From positions 12,772,001-12,836,000 of the forward strand of contig JBHGNT010000011.1 in the NCBI GenBank assembly GCA_043228905.1: a DNA stretch of 64,000 nt. Reading direction: 5' to 3'. Of this stretch, positions 1 to 13,694 are shown one piece after another. The notes beneath the pieces are model-generated. The model had not been told where the DNA came from and did no database searches. It was given only the letters and a program-made list of their open reading frames with translations. Origin of the DNA: Azolla caroliniana. Its lineage: Eukaryota; Plantae; Polypodiophyta. The position numbers and the translations under genes are program-made. How positions within the stretch are numbered: the stretch's first letter is position 1; the number at the start of each line of letters is the position of its first letter.

Positions 1-772
1 TATAAATAGGATTCACACAAAATATTGTTAGGGCATAGACACTAAGAACATGTAGATATACATGCTTACTCATAAACTTTTTGAGCTATTACATAAATTA
101 TAGGATACTCACAAGTACGTGCACATGAAACCATAATATAGGGGAGTATCTATCAATTACAAAGAATACATTGATGTGTATATGTATGTGTTTGTAGGTG
201 TACTTAATGGTGTATTATACTTAATATATACTAGTATTATCTCATATAAGCATTTCATAGAATTTCACCTTCTTAACTTTGATATTTGTATGCAACTCTA
301 GCTACCCTTGTATCATCGCTTTTTAGGCATGGAATGGGCACTCATAAGCTATTAAATTTAGAAATTTTATGATGGCGATACCACTTTAACCAATTCTTAA
401 TGAAAAAAAAGGTACTTCCCATTAGTTAGGAAGAGTGTCTTTACACCAATATGTACAACAGAAATGTCATCATAGACATTCAACCACATTACCCCAGTAT
501 GTGTTTATCATCTTGCAATATGTAAAATTTCAGAAAAATACCATGTACCGTCTTGGTTGGCCTGCCAAGGTGGAATTAACCATTTTGGCGTGGTGATCTA
601 CATAATCCACCAAGGGCGAATCTGACCATGATTGTTGAAAGGAAAGTCCCGTAACTTCCGTTGTGTCTAAAGTTCCTTCCAAATCTTCATATTGAGCTCG
701 TATATTCGTAATCAGATCATAATATAGAGTAGTAATTGTCTCCTTTGGTCAACTTTCTTCTCCCGTGAGACT

Positions 773-1410
773 TGTTGAGAATCGATCCGGCCACAACCGG
801 TTGCTTCGAATGAGAATGCGGCTGCAAAGAACGTGAAGGATAGTGCTCACAGAAAACAGAAAACAAAAAATAGAAAATAGAAAATAGAAAACAGAAAACA
901 GAAAGTACAGAGACACATGTATTTTTAACGTGGAAAACCCGAATGGGAAAAACCAAGTAGAGTCCACAAACTCCAAAACGAATCGCTATAAGGGGAGGAG
1001 TACAACAAGAGGATTCAAGGCAATGACCTTGAACTCTTCTTCATCGACTGACGGCTACAGAGTTACACACATTCACACACACTCTCCTGTCTAGTTACAG
1101 AGGCAACTACCTTCTCCAACTATACAACAACAATGATCAACTAATGATTCCCCCACATCATAATGATTGCCCTAGGTGTATATATGTATACTAATACAAT
1201 TTTCAGGTCTATTTACAAATATGGCCCACTAAGGGTACATTTAGACTATTTACAAATATAGTCTCACAAATAAGCTTCGATCGATTCGGCTACTAGTTGA
1301 GTCAATTATCGATCGATTGTCGATAAATCGATTTTTGGCCTCCACCGAGTTTACCTATTGACTCTATTTCATTCGGCTCCTCCCATCCGAAGGGACCAGT
1401 TTTCCTAACA
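773..1410 (-). repeat. 3' LTR of the Copia remnant
   Basis: TGTT...AACA termini next to the PPT. The left end is inferred from the terminal inverted motif only, since there is no second LTR to compare. Confidence 0.65.
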
Positions 1411-3334
1411 AACTCCCCCTTCAATCTGACATGGGGTACTTTATCAACAGGCATTCAGCTTCTTGTCCGACAGAACCTTTGTCAGCATATCCGATCCATT
1501 GTCGTTCATGTGGATCTTCACTAGATCAAACTCCTTTTCTTCTACTCGCCCTCGGAGCCAACAATATCTCCTCTGGATGTGCTTTGTCCTCGAGTGGTAG
1601 GCATCATTCTTCGCAAGGTGGATGACACTTTGATTGTCATAGTAGAGTCAGAATTCTTCTTGTCGAATTCCCAACTCTTCGATGAACTCCTTCATCCATA
1701 TGATTTCCTTGCCGGCTTCCGTGGACCTTCTATAGCCTTGATTGCCAGGAGACGGCTCCCCCTACATAAATCATTACGTATCTAGACGTAGATCGACTGG
1801 TATCCACATCAGCCGACATGTCCGAATCAATATAACCTTCCAATATGGGGTTACCCGAGCCGAATCAGAGGCATATGCTAGAGGTGCCTCTCAGGTACCG
1901 AAGTAGCCATTTGACCGTTGCCCAATGCTTTTTTCCGGGATTGCCTATATATCGGCTAACTACTCTGACAACGTATCCAATGTCCGGTTTGGTACATACC
2001 ATTGCGTACATCAGGCTTCCGACTGCTAAGGCATAGGGAACCTTCATCATCTCAACTTTCTCCGCTTTCGATTTCGGACATTGGTTTCCTAACAACTTGC
2101 TGTTTGTCGGTAATGTTGAACCTCTAGAGCACCTTTGTCACATATTTCTCCTGTGACAACCATAACAACTTCTTTGTTCGATCCCGAACAATGTGCATCC
2201 CCAGGATTTGCTTTGCCTGACCCGTATCCTTCATAGCAAATGACTTGCTCAGGGCCTTCTTCAAACTTCTAATTTTCCGGGTCTTGTCCAACAATCAACA
2301 TGTCATCAACATACAACAGGAGGATGAGAAAGTCTCCTCCATCATATTTCTTAACAAAGACACAATGATCGGCTTGTGTCTTGTTGAAGCCGTGATCCAC
2401 CATGAATGATTCGAACTTTCGGTACTACTGCCGGGGAGCCTGCTTCAATATGTAAAGGCTCTTCCTCAACCGGCATACCAGGTTCTCCTTTCCCTTTTCG
2501 ATGAATCCTTCTGGCTGCTGCATGTAGATCTCTTCCTCTAGATCTCCATGTAGAAATGCCATTTTGACATCCAATTGCTCGACCTCAAGATCCATGTTGG
2601 CTGCTATGCTCAATACTGTTCGGATAGATGTCATCTTCACAACTGGGGCAAATATTTATGCCATGCACTCAACCACTCTCGGCTGTGGGTATCATTCTTA
2701 GCTTTTCCGAAGCTTTCTGGTTCCCCCTCGCCGGTTAGCAACACATATTCTTTGTCTGGAAATCTTTGGGGGGCCCTTCTTTGTCTGGAAATCTTTGGGG
2801 GGCCCTTCTTTGTCTTAGAGGATATCTTCGACCTCCATTCGGCATAGTTAGTTCCTTTTCGATTCGTTCGGCCGAGTCGGATTTGGCTCCTTGTTCGACC
2901 GATTCCTCTTGCTCCTTAGTCGGTTCTCGATTTTGCCGAGTATTTAATCGGCCAACTGGTTTGAATTCGACTTCGATCGAATCTATTTCTGTCCGATTCG
3001 GTCAAACATCAACTCGGCTTGAATCAGCGGCTAGAGGCTTATTTTCCTTCTCCCAATCGGTGATTGTCTTTTCTTCCATGAAGACAATATCTCGGCTCCT
3101 AATCACCTTCTTGTCGATTAGGTTCCATAGACAATAGCCGAATTCATCGTCGTCGTAGTCGAGAAATATGCATAGCCATGATTTCGGATCTAAACTTCTC
3201 CTTTGGTCCTTAGCCACATGCACATAGGCAAGACAACTGAACACCCTCAAGTGTTAGTACGATACGTCTTTGCCAGTCCCCACCCTCTGTGGAACATCTC
3301 CATCCAAGGGTGCCGAGGATGATCTATTTATCAC
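773..3334 (-). mobile_element. Ty1/Copia (Tnt1/Tork-like) 3' remnant: degenerate INT C-terminus, RT and RNaseH, PPT and 3' LTR
   Basis: Minus-strand peptides RVFSCLAYVHV..CIFLDY..FGY (3002-3250), LDVKMAFLHGDLEEEIYMQQPEGF (2425-2640) and PYALAVGSLMYAMVCTKPDI (1865-2095). PPT AGGGGGAGTT at ~1411-1420 is followed by TGTT. Cut at 3334 by another Copia LTR. Confidence 0.9.
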
Positions 3335-3927
3335 TGTTGAGAATCAAGCTCAACTTGGTCTAGTGTGTGAACTCACCTTGAGAGTGAAGAGACACTCCAA
3401 CGGTCAAGAGTCACCATTATGTCACCACTTTGTATTCTAGCATTTAGTATGAGTCATAGAATCATATTCTATGACACATAACTTATGAGCTTTCACATTC
3501 CCCATACTCCATGAGCTTTGTAGTTAATGAAGAGAGAGGGTGACTACATAAAGCACCCTCCTCCCACCTTGTACAGAGTTGTGTCTTTCTCCTTTGCTAA
3601 TATACTTTACCTTGCGTATTCTCTGTGTATTACTCCTTGTCTCTCTCACTCTCTCATACACACACAGTTCACACCTATTCCGCTTCACAAGAATCCATCT
3701 CTTGATTGTTTACATGGTATCAGAGCGATTTGGTAGCTCGATCTAGCCCATTCGCCTCATCGTGATCGTGTGTTGTGCTCTACGCCGACGACCAAGAACC
3801 GGCTCATCGCTATCGTAGCTTCGCTACATAGCTCGCATTCGAAGAGAGAAGAAGAAGAAGAAGAAGAATCGACATAATGAATACTCAAATGGGGAGCGCT
3901 CTCCCTACCGAGAAGTTGGATCGAAAC
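3335..3927 (+). mobile_element. Second Ty1/Copia: 5' LTR (3335-3714), tRNA-iMet PBS and first gag codons, truncated
   Basis: TGTT...TACA followed by TGGTATCAGAGC. The ORF from 3877 reads MNTQMGSALPTEKLDRN (Copia gag-like start) and is fused through GAAAC (3923-3927) to a chromovirus LTR. Confidence 0.8.
3715..3726 (+). promoter_or_regulatory. Primer-binding site, tRNA-iMet
   Basis: TGGTATCAGAGC immediately after the LTR-terminal CA. Confidence 0.9.
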
Positions 3928-4096
3928 TTCTAGAATGTTCCAGAGAGATCTGGAATATACATCAATTTTCTAGGATAAAACATAAATGAAAATAATATCC
4001 TACAAAATACAATTCATAGTCTAATGGTAAGAGCTCGACCCATGTAGCATAAGGTCATGGGTTCGAGTCTTGCCATATCATGACACTATCTCCCCC

Positions 4097-7000
4097 TTAA
4101 AGACGACGAGTGGAACGAGTCAGCGCTAATTGTGGACCGGGTTTGTCCGGATACTTTCGGTGGAAATCAGCAAGAAGATCTTGTGCATTGGCAACATGCT
4201 CGACGGGTTCCCAAGTACGTTCACTCGGACTATAACCGAGCCAATCGACCAAGTAATAACGTTTGTTGCGAACAAGTTTGGAATCGAGGATGGCAGCAAC
4301 TTCATACTCCGGGCCAACGTCCAACTCCAGCGGGGGCGGCGGTGGTGTCACACGATCGGGAATGGTGTTTGCTTTATAAGGCTCAAGAAGAGAACAATGG
4401 AAAACCAGATGTATCTGAAGCTGCGGAGGGAGATCAAGGCGGAAGGTGACATCATTAATCTTCCCCGTAATACGGAAAGGACCGAGTCGTCGATAATCCA
4501 ACTTGTCGCACGGTCGAGTAGTCTTGATGTAACGACGTAAGAGCCATACTCAATCTCCGATGGCAAAAGAGGAGGGAATCCGATGACGATCCGCATAAGT
4601 CTTCTGTGTGTGTTGAGCATGATGAAGGTGAGTAGAGAGATCCATCTGGATCTTGCGTAGCCTCTCCAAATGATCCTCGGCACGAGGGTTGGTAGGTAGC
4701 TCCGGAGTGTCGATCACCGACCAGCGAGGATGGAAACCGGTATAAGCGAAAAATGGGGAGACCCGAGTCGAGGAGTGAATAACATTATTATACGCAAACT
4801 CCGCAAAGTGGAGAATCTCGGCCCAATCGTCCTGTTGATAACTCAGGAAACACCGGAGATATTGCTCCAGCGTTTGGTTTGTTCATTCCGCCTGTCCGTC
4901 GGTCTGAGGATGGTAGCCGGAGGAGAGGTTGCAGGAGACCTTGAGCATCTTGAAGAGATGCTGCCAAAATTTGGAGACAAATTGCGGGCCTCGGTCACTG
5001 ATAATATTGTCTGGGAGGCCATGATGCCGAAATACCTCACGCATAACAAGAGCGGCGGTTTCCTCGCTAGTGATGGCTTTAGTACATGGCACAAAATGTG
5101 CCATCTTCGTATATCGATCGACGACGGTTAGGATAGCATCGAGCCCCTTCGAGACCGGCAGATCTGTGATAAAATCAAGACAAATAGACTGCCATGGCTT
5201 ACTTGGAATCGGTAAAGGTTCCAACAAGCCATATGGATGGTGTCGTGGCATCTTTACTTGACAGCAAGCATCACAGGTCCGAACGTAGTCGTCGACAAAA
5301 CGGCGGATGTGTGGCCACCAAAAAGATCGTTGCACTAGCTCCAACGTCTTAGTACTACTGAAATGTCCCGCCGTATGGGTGTCGTGACAATGTTGGACGA
5401 TTTGAAGGCGACAGGAGCAATCGGGGACATATACGCGCTTTTTAAAGAATAACAAACCATCATGATATTCGAATTGTCGGTAGTCAATACCTGGTTGTTG
5501 AGACTGAGAACAGGATGCCCGAGAAGTATCAATGTGTGCCAGGATGTCTTGAGGAAAACTATCCGTCTTCAAGGTTGCACGTATGTCATCGGTAATCCGT
5601 GAATCCATCGGGGTGTGAAAAATCCGCGTTGTGTGCAATCGTGTTGGTCCCAAGATTACTTGCTTTTTATTATCAAATGTTGCGTCACCAGGACGAGGTG
5701 CAAGATATGAGCGCCGTGATAGTGCATCTGGTTTTCCTTGCTGCTTCCCCGGTCGATATGTGATTTTGAAGTCGAAACGCGTGAGGAATTGCGCCCACCG
5801 AGCTTGCCGTCGATTTAGTACGCGAGCGTTCTGAAAATAAGCAAGATTTTTATGATCGCTAAAGACAATGACCTGATGTGGAGAGCCCTCTAAGAAATGC
5901 CGCCATTGTACAAATGAATCCACGATGGCTAATAACTCCTTGTCATGTATTTCGTAGTTGATTTCTGCGACATCGAATTTGCACGAATGGAAAGCCACCG
6001 GATGCAACTCTTCTTTATCGCCTTGTTGAGAAAGGATGCTACCGAGGGCGAAATCTGATGCGTCGGCCTCCATGATGAATGGTTTGCTTGTATCCACATG
6101 AGCTAGAATCGATGCTGATGTAAAGGCTTTCTTAAGATGCCGAAAAGCCATATTTGCTTCTATGGACCAAAGAAATGCTTGGCCCTTCTTCGTAAGTTGT
6201 GTGAGAGGTAAAATAATCTTTGAGTAATCCTGTATAAACTTACGGTAGCAGTTAGCAAAACCTAGAAAACATTGTACATCTCATACCGACCGTGGAATTT
6301 GCCACTCTAGTACAGTTTGGATTTTAGCTGGATCCATGGCGATGCCCTTTAAGGAGATGACGTAGCCTAGAAATTCCACTTGCTTGCAGTCAAAGCTACA
6401 TTTTTCTAGCTTGGCATAAAGACCATTCTCGCGGAGTCGCTTTAGTACTAATAGTACATGAGAATCGTGCTCTTCCTGGGTCTTCGACTAAATCAATAGA
6501 TCATCCAGATAAATGATCAAACAGATATCCAAGAGGTCTTTGAATATATCATTTGCCATGTGTTGGAAGACTGCGGGTGCATTGGTTAGGCCAAACGGCA
6601 TAACAGTATACTCGAAATGCCCATACCGCGTGCGAAAGGCGGTCTTCCACTCATCTCCCGGTTGGATCCGTACGAGATTATACGCTCCCCGTAGGTCGAT
6701 TTTAGTAAAAAACTTGGCTCCATTAACTCGCTCTAAAAGACTTGATATAAGAGGAAGTGCATACCTATTCCGGATGGTGACTTTATTCAATCCGCGGTAA
6801 TCAACGACAAGACGAAGTGAGCCATCTTTCTTCTTGACAAAGAAGATGGGTGCACCGGCTGGAGATTTCGAATGGCAGATGAACCCGCTTGCCAAGTTCT
6901 CCTCTATGGAGGCTCGAAGGACTTCTAACTCGGTGGGTGACAAGTTGTAAATTGGTCCCCATGGTGGCTCGGTTCCTGGTTGTAAATCGATGGGACAGTC

Positions 7001-7389
7001 ATAGGGACGATGATGAGGAAGGGTACTGGCTTTTACCTTGTCAAATACATCGGCATAAGGATGATATTTTGCTGGAAGTTGTACTGAGGAGTCCTTCTTA
7101 ATAGTGCTGGAAGGATGTACTGATATTGCAAATAAGAACATTGTCTCCTTGGGTCCTTCTTCGTGTAGTTGATGGAGTGAAATGGTCGAAACTTGGTGAG
7201 TTGATTCTTGGGGTGGTCGATATCGGACTTCTCTTGTTCTCCAATCTATGGCTGGATTATGTAATTCAAACCAAGGTAATCCTAGGACAATGGGATGCTC
7301 TGGACTACTAATTATATTAAATGATATTACACACACAAACCTACTTAGGATAACTTGAATGGGTTCTGATTCTTCTATAATATTCCCGG
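4097..7389 (-). pseudogene. pol: Chromovirus pol: PR C-terminus, RT (YLDD), RNaseH, integrase, chromodomain; several stops
   Basis: [34 protein letters not shown]; EADASDFALG..NYEIHDKELLAI; LDFITDLP..SDRGPQF..HPQTDGQ; EYEVAAILDS..YLVDWLGYSPSERTWEP. Confidence 0.93.
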
Positions 7390-8041
7390 TGTTGTGAAGA
7401 AAACCGTCCCTTGGCACAGTCGGTGCATAGCGCGCGTGAACCGGCTCTTCACGTGTGCGCACCCTTAATGTATATAATAGGGAATTAAGTACATAGGCAT
7501 ATCCGGGGTAGTTAGATTCGGTAGGTAGGAAGTAAATGGGGGAGACGGCTCCCTTCCTGAAGCTATAAAAGAGAGGGAGACGCAGTGGAGAGGGATCGCG
7601 CATTGAGGAGGACAAAGTGCTGTTGGACCGTAACCGAACGCTTCTCCTCTGTCTGTTCTCTATTGCTCGTCTCTGCAGATTTCGGGAGGCTCGCACTGCT
7701 TCGAGGAACACCCGTGTGCTTCTGGCAGCACCTCCATCCTATCCCCTTTACGTGCGCAGACGATTAGGCATCGACATCTGTTCGCCGGCCTGTTAGGTTG
7801 TAACCGCTCGCGTGCTCTGTTGTGTACTTGTTATTCGTTAATATACAAACACTTGTGTCTCCCTGTCTCTGTGTCCATTCGCGTCTTCTGTGTTGACAGG
7901 CCGTGCCCCTGGGTTTCTTTGCTCATACGTGATTGGGCGTCTCTCTCTTTCTCTTTCCCCTTCTATCACCTGCTCTTCGGTTCAAGACCCCGGTGGTCCC
8001 GCCTCGTTTCTCCACGCACGCGTGTAGTAACGTGACATATT

Positions 8042-8059
8042 TGGTGAACCCGACGTGAA
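8042..8059 (+). promoter_or_regulatory. PBS complementary to the 3' end of plant tRNA-Trp
   Basis: Reverse complement of ...TTCACGTCGGGTTCA-CCA. The same PBS recurs at ~19538-19554(-), 20934(+), 41147-41164(-), 55565-55582(-), ~61693-61712(-) and 63230(+). Confidence 0.85.
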
Positions 8060-8079
8060 CAGGCGGCAGAGGAGTGGAG

Positions 8080-10206
8080 ATGAAGGGGTAGGATCTTGCA
8101 GAGGCCATGGCTTCGGCCATGGACCGGATAGTGAGCGTGTGCGAGGGCACCGGTGCCCTTGATAGGGCTATTGCGGCGATCGTCGGTATGATCGGCCGGT
8201 TCAGTGGAAAGGATGCCACGAGTTATTTGGCGTCCTACCGGGCAGAGATGTTGATGAGGGATATTCCGGAAGAGAGGCGTCTTGCCGGTTTCCCTCGAGT
8301 GGTGATGCCCGGCATCCATGCGGAGGTGCTCGAAGTCTAGGCAGAGAGCCGAACCTGGGAGGAGTTTGAAGGACGGCTCCTGGAGAAATACGGGCTGGAT
8401 GACGCGCTTCGACTTTCGAAGCGGGGCTTCATGGAGTGGGTGGAGTCCCCTAACAAAGGAAGAAATGCGTCGGTACTCCTCTGGGAGTTTGAGGAACACT
8501 TTGCGCACCTTTCGCCGCTCGATCAGACCGTTCTGGACACAAGTCGTGTCCTACTGTTTGTCAAGTCGGTTGACGCACGGGATTGGGGGCAAGTGGGCTC
8601 CTTACTGGAAACCGAAGACAGGCTGACGGCCGACTGGGCCGCGGTAAAAAGAGTCTGCGGCCGTTTTGACAAACAGTGGGAGTGGGCTGATACAGAGGCG
8701 ACCGGGGCGGGACCTGTCGCAGCAAGGAAGCTCGAACCGATACCGCAGGCGCGAAGGGAAGAGACCCGGGAGTGGCTCGAAACCGGTTCGGCTTCGACCG
8801 GCGTGGTCAGAGGCTCGTCCGGGGGAACAGCTTTGGAGGAGTTGACACGAGCGGTAAAGGATCTCCAGATCGCCCAAGCTCGGAGGGAAGGCGGCGATCA
8901 GGCTTGTGACCGACAGCCTCCGACAGGAAGTAGGTGCATGTGGTGCGACGAGGTCGGCCACATCCAGAAAGACTGCGGGGACTTTACGGAGGCTTTGAGA
9001 AGCCGGGTAGTGTACCTGTGGGAAGGTCGGGTGCACGCCAGTGATACCCGGAGGGCCCTGAACCGAAACGACGGGTGAGGAGGAATGAAAAGGCTGATGG
9101 AAGAGGCGGCAGCCCGGCACGCGGAGACCGTCCACTACTCAACGTCAGCCGGTATTCGGGTCGGAGGCAGCGAGGCCCGGAAGGAGAGCAAAGCCGAGTT
9201 CTGGCCGACGGTGTTGGAAGGCCTCGCCGGTGCCCGACTAAAGAGAGACGAGGCGGACCGCGCGGAGAAGCGGGTCCAGGAGGTAACCGGGTGGAGTGAC
9301 CCAGTCGAAGAAAAGACGGGTTTCGTCGAAGCAGCTTGCCAGAACTACGAGGCTCTGGTTGAAGACAAACGGGTAGGTAAACCCGGAGGGGCCGGATCCT
9401 CACAGAGATACGAAACCCGATTCGGGCCGAAACGGAACGAGGCCAGTGAGTCCAGTGCCCGGGATAACCACAAAAAGGGCGGATACCGTTTGGGCACGGA
9501 GATCGAAAGGACCACGGACCTACGAAAGGTCCTGGAAGAACGAATCCTCAACAACAAAGTGGAACTGTCGTTGCGGGAGGTGCTCGGAATCGCCAAGAAG
9601 GAGTTCCACAACTCCATTGTGGACTTGGTGAAGAGGAAGAGGCTATCGACGGAGGCAGAACCGGAAAGGCCGGTGGAGGTGCGGACGGCGCAAATAGAGG
9701 ACATGGCGCTGGAAGACGAGTGGGCGGAGAGCCACTATTCGAGGCCACACTGGGCCCGAGCGACCACGGAAACCCTGGTGAGGATCGGAGATGTGCAGGA
9801 ACCGGTGGTGGCGCTGGTGGACCACGGTTCGGAAATAAACCTGATGTCCATGGACTTCTATAAGAAAGGGAAATGGCCGATCAACACTAAACACGGGTGG
9901 AAGATACGAGTGGCGATGTGCGCCACCGAGGAACTACACGGGGCTTGCCCAAACGTGCGAGTCAAGATCGGCGACGTCGAGATAGACCAACACTTCTTTG
10001 TGCAGGAGACGTCCTCGCACCCGATCATACTGGGAGAACCGTACATTACGGCAGCGCGAATGGAGACCAAGGTGCTGGACAACGGGTCGGCTTACGCGAG
10101 GGTCAAGAGTCAGGACGGGCGTCATTCGGTCCAGTTCCTGACGGTGCGACCGGACCACGAGCGAAACCGCGAGTCCCTCGGTGGCGAGAACCGAGAGGAT
10201 TTTTAG
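8080..10206 (+). pseudogene. gag: gag-protease ORF1 of E1 (stops/frameshift)
   Basis: Zinc knuckle CMWCDEVGHIQKDC; aspartic protease ALVDHGSEINLM; colinear with the intact 724-aa ORF at 38928-41102. Confidence 0.9.
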
Positions 10207-13200
10207 AGAGGGCTGCCAAGGCGTGGGGCCGCGACAGTCCGGACACTCCGAGAAACCCCCACAAATGTACGATAGAAGCAAAACCGAAGAAACCTTGTAC
10301 CATAAGTAGGAAGTTTTGTTTCTTCGACAATGGAGGGTGTACGATAGACGGCGTCGTAGGCCGAGAAAAGACAAGGGCGGAAGAGCGACTTCGGGCGTGC
10401 AGAGTTCTCGGGCCCAGCGAGGAAATCAACGGAGCCGTGGAGGCGGTCTCCTTCGACGATACCTTGGGAATACTGCGAGAGGTGGTCGGAGAGGGCCTTA
10501 AAGAGGACCGGACGATACCGGTTTGTTCAGAAGAGATGTACGAAGTCATCGCGGACTTCAGTCGAGGGCTCGAGTCGGATCAGACGGCCCGGGTTAACAC
10601 GAAGTACAAGACTATGGACCGGAAGGTAAGGCCAATCGCGGCACCCTTACCGGAGGGCAGCGAGTTGCGAATGAAGGGGGTCGCGTCGGACCCCAGTTTA
10701 CGAGATCCGGCCTGCATAGGGCACGCCTTCACCGACAGAACGCTACGGGAGCTCAAAATCGGTGGGGGCGGGTTCCTACTGCAGGCAGTAGAAGACCGGT
10801 TTCGGAGAATGCTCGGAAGGCACGGGAAAGCCTTCGCATTCTCACCGGAAGAGATCGGGTGCATAGACCCGACAGTCGTGAAGCCGATGGTGATATTCAC
10901 GGTACCGCATGTGCCGTGGAATCTCAAGCCAATTTCGGTACCGAGAGCTCACATCCCGAAGCTGATGGAGCTATTGAGGCAGAAAGTCGATATGGGCATC
11001 CTCGAACCGTCGAGTGCCCCGTACTCGAACCGGTGGTTTACCGTACCGAAGAAGAACGGGACGTTGCGTTTCATTCAAGACCTGCAACCGGTCAACAAAG
11101 TGACCATTCGGAACGCAGGAATCGGACCAACGATAGACGAGTTCGCAGAGGCCTTCGCCGGAAGGTCGATCTACTCGGTCGGTGATCTGTACTCGGGGTA
11201 CGATCAGTTCCAACTAGCCGTAGAGAGCAGAGACATTACGACGATGCGGACTCCTCTCGGCCTAGTGCGGATGTGTACCCTGCCACAAGGAGGGACGAAC
11301 TCGGTGGCCCACATGGTGAATGCGATGAACAAGGTGCTGAGGGACTGTATCCCGGACATCACCATGCCATTTTTGGACGACATCCCGATCATGGGATGTC
11401 CGGTGGAGGAAAGGGACGAAACGATCGGACCGGACGTATGCTGGAGATTCGTGGCGACACACATTGACAACTGCGAGAGGGTGCTGCAGAGGCTAGAGGA
11501 CGCAAGGCTCACCTTCTTCGGGGAGAAATCGGCCTTCGGGCAATCAGAGATCATGGTCATCGGACATCTATGCGGACCGTATGGCCGGAAACCGTCTCCG
11601 GCTAAGGTGGAAGCCATCTCTGCAATGAAGCCCGACTGTAACTCGGTCACGGAGGTACGCAGGTTCTTGGGAGCATGCACGTTCTACCACATATGGATCC
11701 TGCATTACGCCCACATTGCCGAGCCACTATACGGGTTGCTGAAAAAGGGGCAAAAATTCGAGTGGCGAGTCGAGCATACGGAGTCGGTCTGAAAAATGAA
11801 GGAGGCTCTTGCTGCAGCTCCGACGCTCCGGAAGGCTGTCTACGAGAAAGGCACCCCCATCTACATAACGGTAGATACAAGTCCGACCGGGATCGGATGG
11901 GTCGTCAACCAAGAAGATGAGGACGGTATTCGGTTCCCAATCCGGTTCGGCGCGAAGGTCCTCAGCGAGCGACAGTGAGGATACGCCCAGGTTAAACGTG
12001 AACTCTGGGGTATCGTTTCGGCGGTAAAGGCCGATAAAGACTATCTGATCGAGACAGAGGTGATTATCGAGACGGATTGCCTGCCGATTCTCGGCATGGT
12101 TTCCGGATGCGCAACCCCGGACCTAGCAATGCTCAGGTGGATAGCGTACATCAAGTCCCTGGATCCGGAAATACGACACATTTCCGGGAAAGACAATGCC
12201 ATTGCCGACATGCTTTCGAGGGCGCGATTCGACGACGAGGGCGACATGGTTTCGGAGGACGAGGAAGTCGGCGTGGACTTCTTTGAGGCGGCTTACGTAA
12301 CAACCGAAGGGGGGAGCACTCCGGCGCTTAACGATTTCAACGAGAGCAAGTACGATGGGGAGTGGCTGCAGATTGGGGGATTCTTGAGGACGATGACGCC
12401 GGACGCGTCATGGACAAAGGACGAGGCCAACCGTATTCGGAAGAAAGCATACTGATTCTTTCTCCGAGACGGATACTTGTGGAAGCACCCGAAGAAGAGA
12501 AACGGCATCCCGCTCCGAGTAGTGGCGATGGAGGAGGAACAGGAGTTGCTGAAGGCCTACCACGATAGCCCCTGGGCTAGACACCGTGGGACGTGGGCCA
12601 CGTTCGAGAAACTAAAGGGGAAGTACTAGTGGCTGGGACTGTACCGGGACGTACATCGGTTCGTGACAACTTGTGAGAGCTGTCAGATGCACTCCGTAGT
12701 CCGACACCGGGACGAGCTTCACCCTACATACCCTCCGGCCATCCACTTCAAATGGATGGTAGATTTGGTGACAATGCTGATGGGCGTAGGGCAGATGCGA
12801 TATCTGGTGCTGGCCCGGGAGGACCTGACGAACCAGGTGGAAGGCCGAGCCTTGCAGAACAAAACGACCACGGCCGTGTGTCGGTTCCTGATCGAGGACG
12901 TGATATGCCGGTACGGGTGCGTCGGAAAAATCGTGGCTGACCGCGGGGAGTTGGACGCCGAAGAGGCCGAGGAGCTGTTTGACCAGTTAGGGGTCAAGCT
13001 CTCGCTCACCACAACGTACAATCTGGAGGTGAACGAGAAGGTGGAGCGCGGGCACGGACCAATCGTCAAAGCGCTAGTCCGGGCATGCGGAGGACAGGTC
13101 GGGAACTGGCCACGGCTGCTACCCTATGCCTTGTGGGCGGACCGGACAACGCACAGTTCGGTAACCGGGTTCATGCCATCAGAGCTCATGTTCGGACAGA

Positions 13201-13694
13201 AGCTGATCATGCCGATGGAACAGACGATCTCCTCTTGGGCGACAGTAGACTGGAGAGACGAGATGAGTCGGGAAGAACTGCTAGCGGCGCGTATACGGCA
13301 GCTCGAGCGGAGGCCAAAGGACGTGGAACGAGCGGCGGAGAGACTTCGGACGGCGAGGATGAAGAACAAAGCCCAGTTCGACCGAACGCACCGGCTCAGA
13401 CCAAAGAAAATCGAGGAAGGCGACTGGGTGCTAGTCTACGACAGCAGCCTCGACAACCAGCACCGAGCAACACGGAAGTTTGCAAAGCGGTGGTTCGGGC
13501 CTTACGTGGTAACGAGCGCCAACGACAATGGGACGTATCACCTGGCGGAAATTGACGGTACGAGGATGGCGATATCGGTAGCGGGGAAGCGGATCAAAGC
13601 GTTCAAGAAGTGCCACGACGGCGAACTGGATCTAAGAGGCTTGGACAACGACGATGATCAGTCCAAGACGGAGGACGAACTGATGGACGAGTAA
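10197..13694 (+). pseudogene. pol: pol ORF2 of E1 (RT-RNaseH-INT, no chromodomain)
   Basis: GDLYSGYDQF, LPQGGTNS, PFLDD; VDTSPTGIG; WMVDLV..VADRGE..KVER; WFGPY; several stops. Confidence 0.92.

Noticed and set aside
2748-2815. 29-bp tandem duplication in the Copia, plus (GA)n/(TA)n microsatellites elsewhere
   Set aside because: These are ordinary slippage products in decaying TEs.
6488-7711. 407-aa ORF as a novel N-terminally extended RT
   Set aside because: It is a chance read-through from the antisense E1 LTR into the interrupted chromovirus pol.
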